A DNA stretch of 64,000 nt from Eledone cirrhosa (GCA_964016885.1 OZ024745.1:55986001-56050000), one strand, 5' to 3'; numbered from the stretch's first letter, positions 28,043-41,960 are shown. Numbers and translations: made by a program. Notes: a model not told the origin generated them from the letters alone.

Positions 28043-30158
28043 CTATCCGTTAGGGTATAACGTGGAGCTGTAATACAGGAAAGTTTTGTGCAATTTATGT
28101 TTACAAGCCGAAATTGCCTCAGATTTTTTGGTTAAAATGTGATCTGTGGCGTAGAGTATTTCCAGGGCCTCAGCGGCGCAGAGGTCACATGGTCTTTTAT
28201 TTCCGTTATACGATCTAGCCCTAGCTAGGATCTTCCAGTGTAACTTATATTGGGTGTGGTTGTCTTTTAGACTCCAGATATAAGCTGAAAGTGACGTCAT
28301 ATTCCTTCTTAGAGGGTAACGAAAAGAATGGGTATGCATGTAAAGATGCTGCTTGAAACTATTGGCGGTTAACCCTGTGTAGGCCCTACGGGACGTGGGT
28401 GTTACAACCTTACATTTGTAGACAATGTTACTAGAGAGGCATTTCCCGGATAGGGGGCTATCAGCCTGATTCCTACAATTACAGTTAGTACTAACTACAG
28501 GGTTGCACGTGTTCCTACGGCTAGGTAGTTTAGCTAAATTTGAAGCTGTGATGTTATGTGCAAGGTTAGGAGTCGTAGAGTAAGAAATTTTAATAGTATT
28601 TCTATTAAAAATGTTACTATATTTATGTGTAGGGGGAAAATGCTTCGTAATAAGAGAAAGAAAGATCTTAGCTAATGGTGTGGCCACCTCCATATTATAT
28701 GGTGGGTTAAACCAACAAATGCGACGGGATCTATTTCTTCTAGGTCTATTTTCGTACTCCGTATATGCTACCTTATCGACAAATCCACTTCGAGCAAGAG
28801 CTTCATTGTAATAAGTGGAATGGTCGTTGAATATGCGCTCGTTGGTGGAAAGACGGGAAAGCCTCAACGAAACGTTTCTTACCAGGTTCTTGGTTATGCT
28901 GGCAGGATGGCTGGAATGATTACTTATGTAATTAAGCGTATCATTCGGCTTTCTATACGGGTAATACAACCCATTCAATAAATTGAGGGTAACGTCGAGG
29001 TAATTAACGACCGAGAGATTGGCCTCAACCTGTATAGAGAGGTTGAAGCCTTTAAAGAAGGCTGTGAGTTCTTTTCTGAACCTGTCGCAAGCACGAGGTC
29101 CGCACTTAGTCATGGTCAAAAGACCATCGTCACGGTACAAACCACCGCCCGCGTTGGGGAATTCGTCCTTGATAGAGAAAAGAAGGAAAAGGCCAATAAG
29201 ATCAGTAACCTCTGCAGAGTCACTGGCGCCCACACTCACGTCGAATGGGGTACTATTGGATTTTTTAATCCAAATAGAGTCGTCGAAATTAATCACCGAC
29301 TTTCGGGCATTAAGGATGACATCAACTTCAAAATCGTTGACCACTGTGAGTGTTTTCGCGAAATTGATAGCTCTAAGGAGAAGTGGTAAAGTGATGGAGG
29401 AGTAGTAATTGTTGATGTCGAATTGGATAAAACGGCAATGTTCCTTGTTACATATGCCGTTGAACCAATCAATCACCGCGAAAGAATTGTTCCACAGTGC
29501 GAGAGGGGCCAAACTTCTAATTTCAGGTATAATTCTATCAAGAATCGTTTTATTAAGTCTACCTAAATCAGACTTCGCCGAATAGAGGGGTTGTTCGGAA
29601 AATTGGATTTGTGATCCTTCAGGGTAAAGTGGGGAGAGATAGGGTCTAGAGGTTCGGTCCGGTCCAGGATGTTGAGATCAGATGTGATTTTAAACCCAGC
29701 ATCGTTGATTTCATTGATGACGCACCGATTAGTTTTACGGTAATCCTTAGTTACAGCATTATGTAGTAGTTGATGGTAAGTACTGCGCTCCACTTGATAT
29801 AGGTTGCCAGTTTTGTCGGAATGGACGTGCACGGCGTTAGAATCCTTAATAGAACGAATTCTATTCTTCAGGTCTTGCTGGAAGGAATTGCTCCTATTCC
29901 GAAATTTGATATTCCGAATGAGTTCCAAGACATCATTTTCGAAGGGTAGCAATGCTGGGTTCCACGGAGGGTTATTATAGGTTTTAAATCCAAATTTATC
30001 CTGTTTGTTGTCTGCTTTTCGCGGATTATCGAAATAAAAGGCACGCCAACGCAACCTTTAAATGAACGCGTCTGTTTTCTGTATCAGGAGTTTAGGTATG
30101 GTTTCCTGCTTGGTACGGGTATGTTCTTTGTAGAAATATTCAGATGTTGTTTCTGCAT
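28043..30158 (-). pseudogene. Naiad PLE RT plus GIY-YIG ORF (frameshifts near 29560 and 30100, stop near 30058)
   Basis: STKNIPVPS, RWRAF, TLKDHK, QFDINNYYSSI, GLYRDDGL, YRKPND, WFNPPY, KHFPP, CNCR, IVYKCKV..YTG and CDLCAAE. Confidence 0.9.
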
Positions 30159-31054
30159 GATGAATATAAGTCAGTAGAGTGCTCAATTCCTTTACTTATT
30201 TGCATAGGTAAGTATATATTACCCGTATGTTTTGTGAAGGTATGTATACCTTCTCGTACGTATATTTGACTGTTATGGCGTATAATTTTTACTTATTCTG
30301 CTATTTAGGGTTTGGCTATGTGTATACGGGAGTTTTGCGTATGCGCGCGAGTATGCAGGTTCGTACGTATGGTGGGTGTGTGTATATGTGTACTTCTTGT
30401 TTTAGTTGACTTACGTCTCCGAACATTCGTGTATTTATATGTAGGTATGCGTGTGCGCTTGTTATATACGTATTTATTTACTTATATACGTTTATATAAT
30501 TATTTATTTATTGGTACACAAGCATACACACACACACATATTTATATGTGCGTGGTTTTGTATACCTATGGTAAGGTTTTGCGTATACTTGTGTATGTAC
30601 GTATCTGTTTGCGTGTATGTATTTATTTGTTTCTATTACTTCTGTATTGTATTTATTTACTTTATTCTTAACTCTGTAGCGGAGATTCATTTGGTCTCCT
30701 AGTTAGAATTTTAGTCTACGACTTCTGCTTACCATTTACGTGATTTTGTCTTTGCGTGCTATTGTTCTCCACGCTCCACATATGACTTATTATCTTCATG
30801 TTTTCGTTCATTGCCAGAGAACGTCTCTATGCACTACGTAAGAGAACATTAGTCTACGACCTCTTTTATACCATAAATGTGGTTCTGTCTTTGCGCCTAA
30901 TTGTTTTTCACCGCTCCTATTAATGACGTATTATTCGTTTTTTCCCGTTCTTTGCCAGCGAACGTTACCACGAACCAAAGTATCGTCTTCCTGTCTTCCT
31001 CGGTTGCAACGTTTTTTTAAATATCCAGTTCTGCGTTTACAGATTGACTTTGTT

Positions 31055-31105
31055 AGTTTCAGAAGATCCCGTTAAGGGTGAAAGCAGCGATTCTTTGCTT
31101 AAACT
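31055..31105 (+). ncRNA. Hammerhead (core CAGAAGA) in the inverted Naiad pLTR
   Basis: AGTTT-CAGAAGA-T CCC GTTAA GGG T-GAAA-GCA..TGC-TT|AAACT. Confidence 0.7.
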
Positions 31106-31210
31106 TTAATCTTTTATTTGAATAAATATTTGCTCTACGGTTCTTATATATTTGATATATATTTTCTTATCAAGCCCTCTTTGGATTTTAGTCTTCAATT
31201 TTATTATTAT

Positions 31211-31259
<49 letters not shown>

Positions 31260-31312
31260 ATCACACATATATTTATATATCTATATATATATGTATATAT
31301 ATACAATCGCAT

Positions 31313-31392
<80 letters not shown>

Positions 31393-31419
31393 ACACATAT
31401 ATATATATATCTAATCTAT

Positions 31420-31590
31420 CTAAGGCGGGTAAAATTCCCGAGATCCATGGACGAGTTCTCTCCAGCGGTCTCTGTCCCTCATTATCGCTGCCATATCCTG
31501 CATCTCCAACAGACCAGTGTCTGTCCTTAGGGCATCAACATATGTTAACCTTGGTCTTCCTCTTCTAGTGTGTCCATGTAGGGGCTCCCA
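31420..31590 (-). mobile_element. RTE LINE 3' end
   Basis: WEPLHGHTRRGRPRLTYVDALRTDTGL..MRDRDRWRELV..stop. Confidence 0.8.
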
Positions 31591-31599
31591 AATATATAT

Positions 31600-32700
31600 A
31601 TATTGTTATACTTTGCCAATAAGAAACACACGCACCAATTGCTTTCACTTCAATTTATTATAGATTAAATTTATAAATTTAGGAATTTATAAATTTCCGG
31701 TTGGTTAATTGGTTCCACAACCAGAGGATTGTTCATATATTGTCAAAGTTCTTTCGTCACACATTCTGTGACCTCTTCAGTGACTGGGGATTCTTTTCTT
31801 TTCTTCTTTTCTTTTCTTTGTTTTTTTTGCCTCTCCTTTGTTCTGTCCTACGCCATCTTGTTTGTGTGTGTGTTGTGTGCTTAGTTTGCGCATGTGTTAC
31901 ATCCGGGTGTCTGTGTGTGTATATATTTGTTTATTTATTTGTTTATTCACATGTTACTGGTTGGTTGTTTGTTCTATGTGTGTGTGTTTTCATTTTGTCC
32001 TTAATTGTAAGTTGTGATGTTACTATTCCATTTATGTTGTCTATTTAATTTTGGTTGGAGTTCATTTATTTTTATTGCCTCAGTGATTTGTCTAAACATT
32101 GCTCTTTTCTGTGTGTAGATTCTATTTTTATTTCTATGTTCTCTAATTTACCCTTATGTTCTATTTTAGCATGTTGGTGGAGTACAGATGATTCTTTACT
32201 ATCTTGAAGCTCTCGCCAGTGTTCATTTAACCGTTCCCCTATACTACGATCTGTCTCACCTATGTACACTATATTCTTATCTCTACCTTGTCCTTCAGCA
32301 TATCTTATGCTATATACTACATTTTTTAGTTTTACAGTTAATATGGGGTCTTAATTTACAGATTATACATTTCTTATCTATATAGAGAGGTCTTTGAAAA
32401 TGATATGTATTGCTAATAAGTGTTTTTATGGAGGTACTTAGTCCTTCTACTATCTTAATATTGAGTTTATGCTTTTCTAGGGCCCTTCTAAACTTGTAAG
32501 CTAATTCACCTCAAGGGTTTGTATCGATAAACATTACACTCTGGTATTTATTGCTATCATACCATGAGTTTATTCTATTAACCTTATTCCTAGTTCTTTC
32601 TGTTCTATTCCAAAATTTGCTCCTATACAAGGGGCACGTCCCATTTGGTTTCAACACACGTTTTCAGATAAGTAACCTTGCTAAACAAATTCAGAAACGA
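31600..32700 (-). mobile_element. Degenerate 5'-truncated PLE (GIY-YIG end, clade unassigned)
   Basis: YIGETDRSIGERLNEH and SVLHQH; upstream CIIC and SVMFIDT; downstream hammerhead in the same sense. Confidence 0.8.
31742..31784 (-). ncRNA. Minimal hammerhead ribozyme
   Basis: Reverse complement: GTCA-CTGAAGA-G GTCACA GAATG TGTGAC-GAAA-GAAC-TT|TGAC. Confidence 0.7.
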
Positions 32701-32723
32701 AATATATATATATATATATATAT

Positions 32724-32835
<112 letters not shown>

Positions 32836-33471
32836 TGAGAGATTCTCACTCAATCGATTTCTGATGATATGTTATCCCATGCCTGGTGATTTCCTTTAGC
32901 TTCGAACAGAATGTGTGAGTTACTAATCTGTGAATCTATGGTCTATATTTATATAATGATTTTAGTGACGTTTTAGATGTGCAAATGAAGACTGTTCAAT
33001 AGATTCAATTAATAGAATCAAATGCACCATTTAAATATTCGTATTTTCGCTATCACATTTTTTTATGGCTTATATAGAAAGCGGGCAATTATTATTAAAG
33101 ATTCCTAATATTGTAGACTGAAAACCTATAATTTCGCTCAGTAAAAAGACATGTTCTTGTTTGTAGCAGAGCGTACCTTTTTTACACATTAAAATATTCA
33201 GTGGATGAGGTCAATCAGACAATAATATGAATATTCTAAACAGTTTCATACTACCAAATTCATTCAGAAGGCTTAAAATGTGTAATAGTAATGTGTGAAA
33301 ACAATAAAATATATTTGCTAAGCTAATTTAACTACAGCACCATGTGTTCAGTTTTTAAATTATTCCGATATATGACGGCTTTTAGGACAAGGTCCTATTA
33401 TTGTAACATTCATAGTCTCTCAATGTGACATTTTAAATGTTTGGTAGTATTTAAATTCTATTCCACTGTGT

Positions 33472-33709
33472 GTAGTTATAACCTCATTAAATGCAATAGT
33501 GTTGCAGTATTTAAGTCGTAACGTATTTGGTTAAAATACAATTGGTAAAATATTTGTTGAGAATTATTCCACTTTTACGTTGAATGCTAAAATGTATTCA
33601 ACGTAAAAGTGGAATAATTCTCAACAAACATATTACCAATTGTATTTTAACCAAATATGTTACGTCTTCAATACTGCAACACTATTGCATTTAATGAGGT
33701 TATAACTAC
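33472..33709. repeat. Long hairpin (about 115 bp arms, 6 nt loop)
   Basis: Near-perfect reverse-complement arms around 33588-33593. Confidence 0.9.
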
Positions 33710-34587
33710 TGTATTATATAGGATTGACCTCCGCCTGGTGTGAGTTGTTACTGTGATTCATTTTATTTTGCCAAAGGTAATTCCGCAGTTGTTTGTTTTG
33801 TACAACCCTGCCCTATACTAATATGAATCGATTTTAAAATAGTTACTAAACAACGATGCGGCAATCTATGGGATATCATAATTAACTAAGGTATTTATTA
33901 CAATTTTATTTGAAATTATTCATATGAATCTGTCGTTTTTATACGTTTAAAAATAAATAATTGCACTCTAAAATTTACGGTTATACAATTATATCAAATT
34001 TAAATAAAGAGAGGAAAAAAGAGGATAATTCAATTTTGGGGAAAAAAATAGTATTTGTATTCTGTTTAAGAATATGATTAATTGATTACGCATGCAGAAA
34101 TAAAAAATAAATTTCCGGCAGAAATACATGACATTTCCGATATCACGTATAAAGTTTAAGAACTTTAAAATTAGTTTATCCTAAATCATAAAACAATTTT
34201 TTTTAAATCAAATAAATATTAATGATGGTCGTAAGCAGCTAATGTCCACGCTGAGACTTTAAAAGTGTCATTTTTATTCTGTTCGAATGTTACTATCTTT
34301 TTTATGTGTAAACTAATTTACTCTAAGATGATGAATGCAAGATGAGGCGATTATGAATATAGATAAGATACAAGTAATTATAATCTTTTAATTATATTTG
34401 TAATGGTTATAATAAATATTTGTATATATTGATTTTGAATTTTAGTAGGTTTCCATGTTGTGTGGTTCAGGTTTCCAGTTGCAATACTGACAAAAAATTA
34501 TCCGTTGAATTCAGATACGACTCAAGGTAACATTATATTAAAAGAGAATCTTTAAAATTGTATCGCCTACATGTGCTATCAATATAA

Positions 34588-34662
<75 letters not shown>

Positions 34663-34727
34663 ATAATAAATGTGACGACTAAAATCCTAAGAGTGCTCGA
34701 TAAGGAGTATATATATATATATATAAG

Positions 34728-35108
34728 CAAGGCGTTATTTAATTTGTTGATTATTCAACAAATTTAGATTATAACAGATTAGTAGCACTCCACTGTTTCT
34801 TCTGGAGTATAATATCAATAATATTAATAAATGGAAACTATATTTATAAAATCATATTTATTTTATTATATATATTCCAAGGGTACCAATATTTTGGTAC
34901 GCACTCATCAGATAAAATACAAAAGTTGTTTTACAGATAGTGACATATTAAAAACTAGAACTTAACGTTTTGAATATGTCACTATCTGTAAAACAACTTT
35001 TGTATTTTGTCTGATGAGGGCGTAACAAAATGTTGGTACTCTTGAAATATATATAAAAATATAAATATGGTTTTATAAAGATAGTTTCCATTTATTAATA
35101 TTATTGAC
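34728..35108. mobile_element. pLTR fold-back with a hammerhead in each arm
   Basis: Arms about 34820-34949 and 34972-35106; CTGATGA at 35011 and GAAA TATATA TA at 35044; same family end at 41749-41900. Confidence 0.78.
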
Positions 35109-35369
35109 ATATATATATATATATATATAGTAAGAATATTTTCGAAACAGCGAGCGAGTTTGAAATTAGAAATATAAGCTATCGCCGTATTTTGACTAAA
35201 GAAATTATTTAGCCTGATAGTGGGGTTAAGAACCCTCAGAGAAATGGAAAAGATGTTTGTATGTGTGTGTTTAAACATATGCCAATTTTCAAAATCAGAG
35301 ACAAGGGTGCTTGCTCAAAATAGAGTGGGACTTCTTTGTTAAGCCTCTCCGTGAAAGTGTATGCTAAGT

Positions 35370-36750
35370 GTATGCTAAGTGTCTATTAAAGATATATGGA
35401 GATATTTTCGTGTTCAAGTTAGCTGACGAACAGCTTGGTTTTGGACCGGATGCAGCTGAACCGAACGAATATTTACATTGTGGGAGGTCTTTTGAGAAAT
35501 CGTATGAGTATTGCCAAGATATGTATACTTTTTTCTTAGACCTTAGAAGAGATACAACCATGTTCCACGGAACCTGCATTGGAAGGTTATGAAGGCGTGT
35601 AGGTTCGAGGGACAGCTTCTCGTTGCCCTGAATATGAATGACCTAGTATTTATAGTCAGATGGATGGTGCTAAATCAAATCCATTCGATGTGGGCGCCAA
35701 AAGAACGAACTTTAACCTCTGCTGTTCATAATCTTCATTGACAGAAATAACATGTTTAGCCGGGTTGGTAGTAGTATCGATATTGTTGGGTGTAGCATCA
35801 GTCGGCAGGAATTTGAGGACGGCCTTGTAAAACCCACCTCATCAGCAGGTGATCTCCGACATGCATATGATAGAGATGCTTCCGCATGCTGCACGACAGC
35901 AATGAACATTATTGCTGCTAAGACTGCGACGTACCTTCAAGGACGCCTGCACTGTCTTCACCACTTGTTAACCAGAACCATGCCTAATGTTGTACATAGT
36001 CATACCTGCACACATTTTAAACAACTATGATTCTGAATTTTATTGCTCTTGGATAGGTATCTTTACTTTTCACTCTATTCCTACCCCTCATCATTGAAGC
36101 CTTTACGGTTTCTTCTTCAAATTTGAAAACGCTTCTTATTGCCAAATACAAACCTTGTTCATAATTTTTTTTCCGTGTTGACCTGATCTGCCTCTAAATG
36201 CACAACCCCTTATAGCAGGTCAGCACATGTTAAGGTTCAGGATAGCGAATGTTGCTTTGAAGCAGTTAATATCTTGATGATGCCGTATATTTTCTATGAT
36301 CATTTTTACACTACCTTGTTTTCGTTTGTTAACGACGAATACAGAGAGGAAGCGTTATTCGATTAGGTCTAAAACCAAAACGATATACTCGTTTCCGTCT
36401 TTTGATATTTTGCACGAAATGCAATTAGACTTATCCAAACCTTCAGCGGAATCTGTTCTGCAATTATTGTTTCGTTGGATGATTCCGAATGTTAGCCAAT
36501 GTTTATAGATCATGCTGTGCTGGAAATCATCAACAGTTTCATGACCCAGACGCATTGATGTTATTTGCCGTTCAACTCTGTATATGATGGTGATCATTGA
36601 CAATATTGTTGTTAGAATTTAGCATTAAGTAATCATAAGAATGTAGGCGTAAGAGCCAAACTCACTATCTTCAATTTGCTATTCATGCCAAAGAAGAAGA
36701 AGAAGAAGAAGAAGAAGAAGAAGAAGAAGAAGAAGAAGAAGAAGAAGAAG
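35370..36750 (+). mobile_element. Degenerate RTE/RTE-X LINE RT and 3' end with (GAA)n tail
   Basis: LADEQLGF, EKSYEYCQDMYTFFLDL and PLLFIIFIDR; (GAA)n at 36690-36750. Confidence 0.65.
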
Positions 36751-37895
36751 AATTGTATGTATATCATTGTTAAGTTAAACATCGTAATATGTTGTTACCC
36801 GCCCCTCGGATGGATATTAATAAATATGATCTAAACATTTAACTGCAGTTAATTTAAAATTCGTATGGAGGTAAATAGTTTAATTAAAATAATGTACAGA
36901 CACTGCGTTTAAAAAATCTTCATTAATCGCTAGATATGTGTTTTGTCTCAGTAGTATTGGAAAGGACTATAAATACCATAAATGAGAATGAAATAGGGTA
37001 AGAGCAAGGACTATTAGACAAAGGAAGAAAGAAAGGCGGAAGGCGAGAGGGTGATAGACTCTACACCTTGGTTAGAGCGGTATTTGCCCTGTGCCCCGCG
37101 GTCAAAATGGCAGAGGCATTTTGGCGGACAATGGCTAGCGAAACCCTATGCATCAGCCACCCCACCTTCAGTTATTTCTGCATATTGATTTAGAACAAGC
37201 ACTCATTACATGGTTACTTTAGTAATGTAAAGTGTGACAGATATACATAAAAACAAAAATGCTATAGTCTTTCAAAATATATGTGCTCTAATCTGCTAGT
37301 AGATTACATATGATTAAATAATTCTAATCAACATCTAAACACCAAGATGATTTTAACGCCTGCATCTCTATATGAAAAAACATGTTATACTTTCCAACGA
37401 TCTTATTTTGAGGAAATGTCTTTTATAAATTCTCGGTATGTGGGTCAATAGGAAACGGAATATTTTTAAATCACATGACATTTTATAGGAAACATTTTGA
37501 GATTATATTAACACCAACGTCTTAATAGCAGAATATTTAAATAATTTATTTTAATTCATTAAGTAGTTTATTATGTTTACAATCTAAATCTCATATGATA
37601 ATTGTAAACAGACAATTTGCATACATATTTATAAAAGAAATATTATATACAGAACAACACGTTTAACAAATACTACATTCCCCTCTCAAATTTCTCACTA
37701 CCGATGTTTTCTCTATGAAATAATTTTGATATCCAGTAAAACCGGTTAGAATACATGAAGCTTTTACGCAATTCACTTTTCGCACAGATGCTCTAATAAA
37801 ACTTGTGTTAAAAAGAAATATTCCATGGAGTAATATATCTACATCTAACTATCTATGTATCCATCTATATCTATCTAAATATATATATAAATATT

Positions 37896-38215
<320 letters not shown>

Positions 38216-38217
38216 GA

Positions 38218-38795
38218 CACTACCCAACTTTAAAATCTTCCTCTTCCACAAGTGCTCAGATTCGTTCACACAGCAACAAAGAATAAACAAAGAAAATCTA
38301 TTCCTTAACAAATTTAAACCAAAACTAAACGGGTTATCACCCCAATAGAATTGTCATAAAATATAAACACACATACGCACGGAATCACTACTATTAAAGA
38401 CCAGAGACCAATTCTGTAGAATCAGGTTTATTCGTTGACAGACCATGCCTTTGTGTGACCAACACATCCATGTTAAACCCTGCACGTGCACACACATATA
38501 TCTATATATATATGCGCACACAGAATTCACCACTGTCGGTTGCGGGGCCCAATCTACATGAAGAACTCAATGTGATCAGAATGACTTGTATTTTAATTTC
38601 ACTGTCCCAACTTCTTATATTATGGAAAAAATATATGTGTCTGTATGTATATATATATATATATATTTGGAGACCATTTCTCTGTGTGTGGGTGTATGTA
38701 TGTGTATATGTGTGTGTGTGTATGTGTGTGCATGTGGATGTATGTATTGTGTGTGTATGTATGTGTGTATCTGGATGTATGTGTATGTATATATA

Positions 38796-38848
<53 letters not shown>

Positions 38849-38907
38849 ATGTGTATATATGTGTGTGTGTGTATGTGTGTATGTATGTGTGTGTGTATGT
38901 ATGTGTG

Positions 38908-38956
<49 letters not shown>

Positions 38957-39500
38957 GTATATGTATATGTATGTATGTGTGGATGAAGGTATGTGTGTAT
39001 ATATAGGTGTAAGTGCACTAAATCCCTTTCTATCACGCTCCACTCTCCTACCCACCACAGGAAGATATGTGTATGTATATTGCTTCCACCCCCTCACTGA
39101 CCAGCAGCTGGCCAGTTGGCGATTGCTAAATCTGACCTTTATAAAATAACCCACACCCCAAATAACTTCTCATTCACTACCAGAAAGGGACACAGCAGTC
39201 AACCTGTTGTTGCTACCTAGATGAAAACTGCTATGAAATCCCACAATGAATTTTATACTTGAATTTTCAAATCTCAAATTTTAACTCTTCGTATTATTAA
39301 TTCTTCTTAATATTAATCAACATTTGAAAAGATGGCTTTTGCAGACCCATCGAAACCGGTCATTTTTTTATACCCTTTATTATTTCCTTACCTTATAAAA
39401 TTATATGTTTTTTCACAAAAAAGTATTCTGTCTCTTATATATTCCATGTGCCATTACCAACCTCAATTTTCTCTATAACCTTCGTTTTGTGTAGAAAATT
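38218..39500 (+). mobile_element. 5'-truncated Neptune-like PLE 3' end
   Basis: FKIFLFHK..RINKENLFLNKFKPKLNG (38218-38348) matches the C-terminus of the 24 kb ORF; hammerhead at 39319-39366; linkage across the microsatellite is inferred. Confidence 0.65.
39319..39366 (+). ncRNA. Hammerhead, U3-A8 core variant
   Basis: TTGAAAA-GATGG..CCATC-GAAA-CCGG-TC; stem I weak. Confidence 0.55.
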
Positions 39501-39502
39501 AC

Positions 39503-39559
<57 letters not shown>

Positions 39560-39565
<6 letters not shown>

Positions 39566-40129
39566 GAATAGAATGAAATGAAATGAAATTTCTCACTCTT
39601 AGTACGGCACTTACTTAAATGCAAGTATGTATGTATACGTACATACATACATGTATACAGACGTACAGTAGCATGTAAATATATATATATATACATACAG
39701 GCACACATATATATATGTACGTATCAGTTTAGCGAACATTTATTATAATGTTCGCTTTGTTCGTTTGTAAACAAACGGACAGCCTGTATTTATGCCGTAC
39801 GGTGTTAAGGCAACCACGTCAGCTTTTTGTTCAACACTGACACAGGAACGATGTAGTAGTTTCAAGCTTGTTAGCTATCATCAGCACCGTATACCCTTCT
39901 GCCAGATGGTCGAACGTTCGAAAGTATATACTTTCCTTATGAAAATTAACGGCTGAGCAGCCTAATTTGCATATAGAGTGATTTCAGTCGGCCAGGCGCA
40001 CCGAAAACGATAAAATGGAATAGAATGAAATGAAATTTCATTTCTCATTCTTAGTACGGCAAACGAACAAAGCGAACATTATAATAAATGTTCGCTAAAC
40101 TGATACGTACATATATATATGTGTGCCTG

Positions 40130-40177
<48 letters not shown>

Positions 40178-40229
40178 CATGTTACTGTACGTCTGTATAC
40201 ATGTATGTATGTACGTATACATACATACT

Positions 40230-40233
<4 letters not shown>
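39560..40233 (-). mobile_element. 453-bp family copy with inverted arm; hammerhead at 39848-39890
   Basis: Reverse complement of the 8143-8868 family; ACGGTG-CTGATGA..GAAA-CTAC-TA|CATCGT; 40060-40233 inverts 39620-39775. Confidence 0.8.
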
Positions 40234-40263
<30 letters not shown>

Positions 40264-40411
40264 TATGTGTATAAGTAAACACAGTAAACCCGTGTCTAAA
40301 ATTACGAGGGTAGATTACACCACAAATGTTATATATCATTCAACCTGAATCATATGGGATGTTACAAGATTTCTTACAAGATTTCTCATACATACCATAT
40401 CAATAACCATT

Positions 40412-40500
40412 TCATCTCCCGGACAGATTTAATCTGTTTCGCGCTGAATGAATCGTGTTTGTAACAAGTAATCCGTAGGCATTTCGTCAGCGAGAGATGA
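40412..40500 (-). ncRNA. Hammerhead with 10-bp stem I
   Basis: Reverse complement: TCATCTCTCG-CTGACGA-...-GAAA-CAGAT TAA ATCTG-TC|CGGGAGATGA; stem II uncertain; other copies at 41411-41505 and 47371-47465. Confidence 0.7.
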
Positions 40501-40724
40501 GACTAAATGTTACATAACACCTATAACAATAAACTCGCTGAAGTTTACACCTCGTGCGTTGAAAGTCATATGCGTTGCGAGTGGTTATGCTAGAAATAAT
40601 AGCCTATTTACACTCATTTTTATAAGCTCAACAGATAAGGAGCCGAAATACAAATAAAATATAGAGTTATTAACTCAGATAGATACCCTGCAATTAACAA
40701 GCTCAAATTATAAATACTGTGTAT

Positions 40725-40822
40725 TGAGGTTGACTTTACCTTTCCTCCTTACGGGGTCGATAAAATAAAGTACCAGTTATGCACTGGATAATTGCTGGCC
40801 TTGTGCCTCAAGTAGAAACAAT
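40725..40822 (+). mobile_element. 5'-truncated SINE within the 480-bp unit
   Basis: GAGGTTGACTTT..CCTTACGGGGTCGATAAAATAAAGTACC..TAGAAACA. Confidence 0.8.
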
Positions 40823-41960
40823 TATAATATTAATATATGTAGAGTAAACACAGTAAACCCGGGTCTAAAATTACGAGGGCAGATTACACCACAAATGTTA
40901 TATATCATTCAACCTGAATCATATGGGATGTTACAAGATTTCATACAAGATTTCTCATACATACCATATCAATAACCATTTCATCTCCCGGACAGACTAA
41001 ATATTTAATCTGTTTCCCCCTGAATGAATCGTGTTTGTAACAAGTAATCCGTAGGCATTTTGTAAGAAATCTTGTAACATCCCATATGATCCAGGTTGAA
41101 TGATATATAACATTTGTGGTGTAATCTACCCTCGTAATTTTAGACACGGGTTTACTGTGTTTACTTCTACACATATTAATATTATAATGCTCGGTATTTA
41201 TACTTTGAGCTTGTTAATTGCAGGGTATCGATATGAGTTAATAACTCTATATTTTATTTGTATTTCGGCTCCTTATCTGTTGAGCTTATAAGAATGAGTG
41301 TAAATAGGCTATTATTTCTAGCATAACCACTTGCACCGCATATGACTTCCAACGCACGAGGTGTAAACTTTAGTGAGTTTATTGTTATAGGTGTTATGTA
41401 ACATTTAGTCTCATCTCTCGCTAATGAAATGCCTACAGATTACTTGTTAGAAACACGATTCATTCAGGGCGAAACAGATTAAATCTTTAGTCTGTCCGGG
41501 AGATGAAATGGTTATTGATATGGTATGTATGAGAAATCTTGTAAGAAATCCTGTAACATCCCATATGATTCACGTTGAATGATATATAACATTTGTGGTG
41601 TAATCTACCCCCGTAATTATAGACACGGGATTTACTGTGTTTACTTCTAGCTCAGTATGTATACTTTGAGCTTGTTAATTGCAGGATATCTGTATTATTT
41701 AATAACTCTATATTTTATTTTATTTGTATATATATATATATATATATATACGATATTAAATAAATGGAAATTATATTTATAAAACCATATTTATTTCATA
41801 TAATTTCCATTTATTTAATATCGTAAATATACTCCAAATACTTGAGTGCTTTTATATCAGTTATAAATATTTACTCGTTGTAACCCAACAATTTATATAT
41901 AACCGTTCATATATATATATATATATATTTATTTATTTATATAAATACATATAATACATA

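Larger units (their letters stand above)
27041..31213 (-). mobile_element. Naiad-type Penelope-like element with inverted 5' pLTR
   Basis: 27041-27983 is the reverse complement of 30185-31130; the ORF lies between the two repeats. Confidence 0.9.
40260..41725. mobile_element. About 480-bp non-coding hammerhead unit in tandem and inverted arrangement
   Basis: Period is 480 on the right (41151/41631) and 569 on the left (with SINE piece); inversion axis near 41060. Confidence 0.8.
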
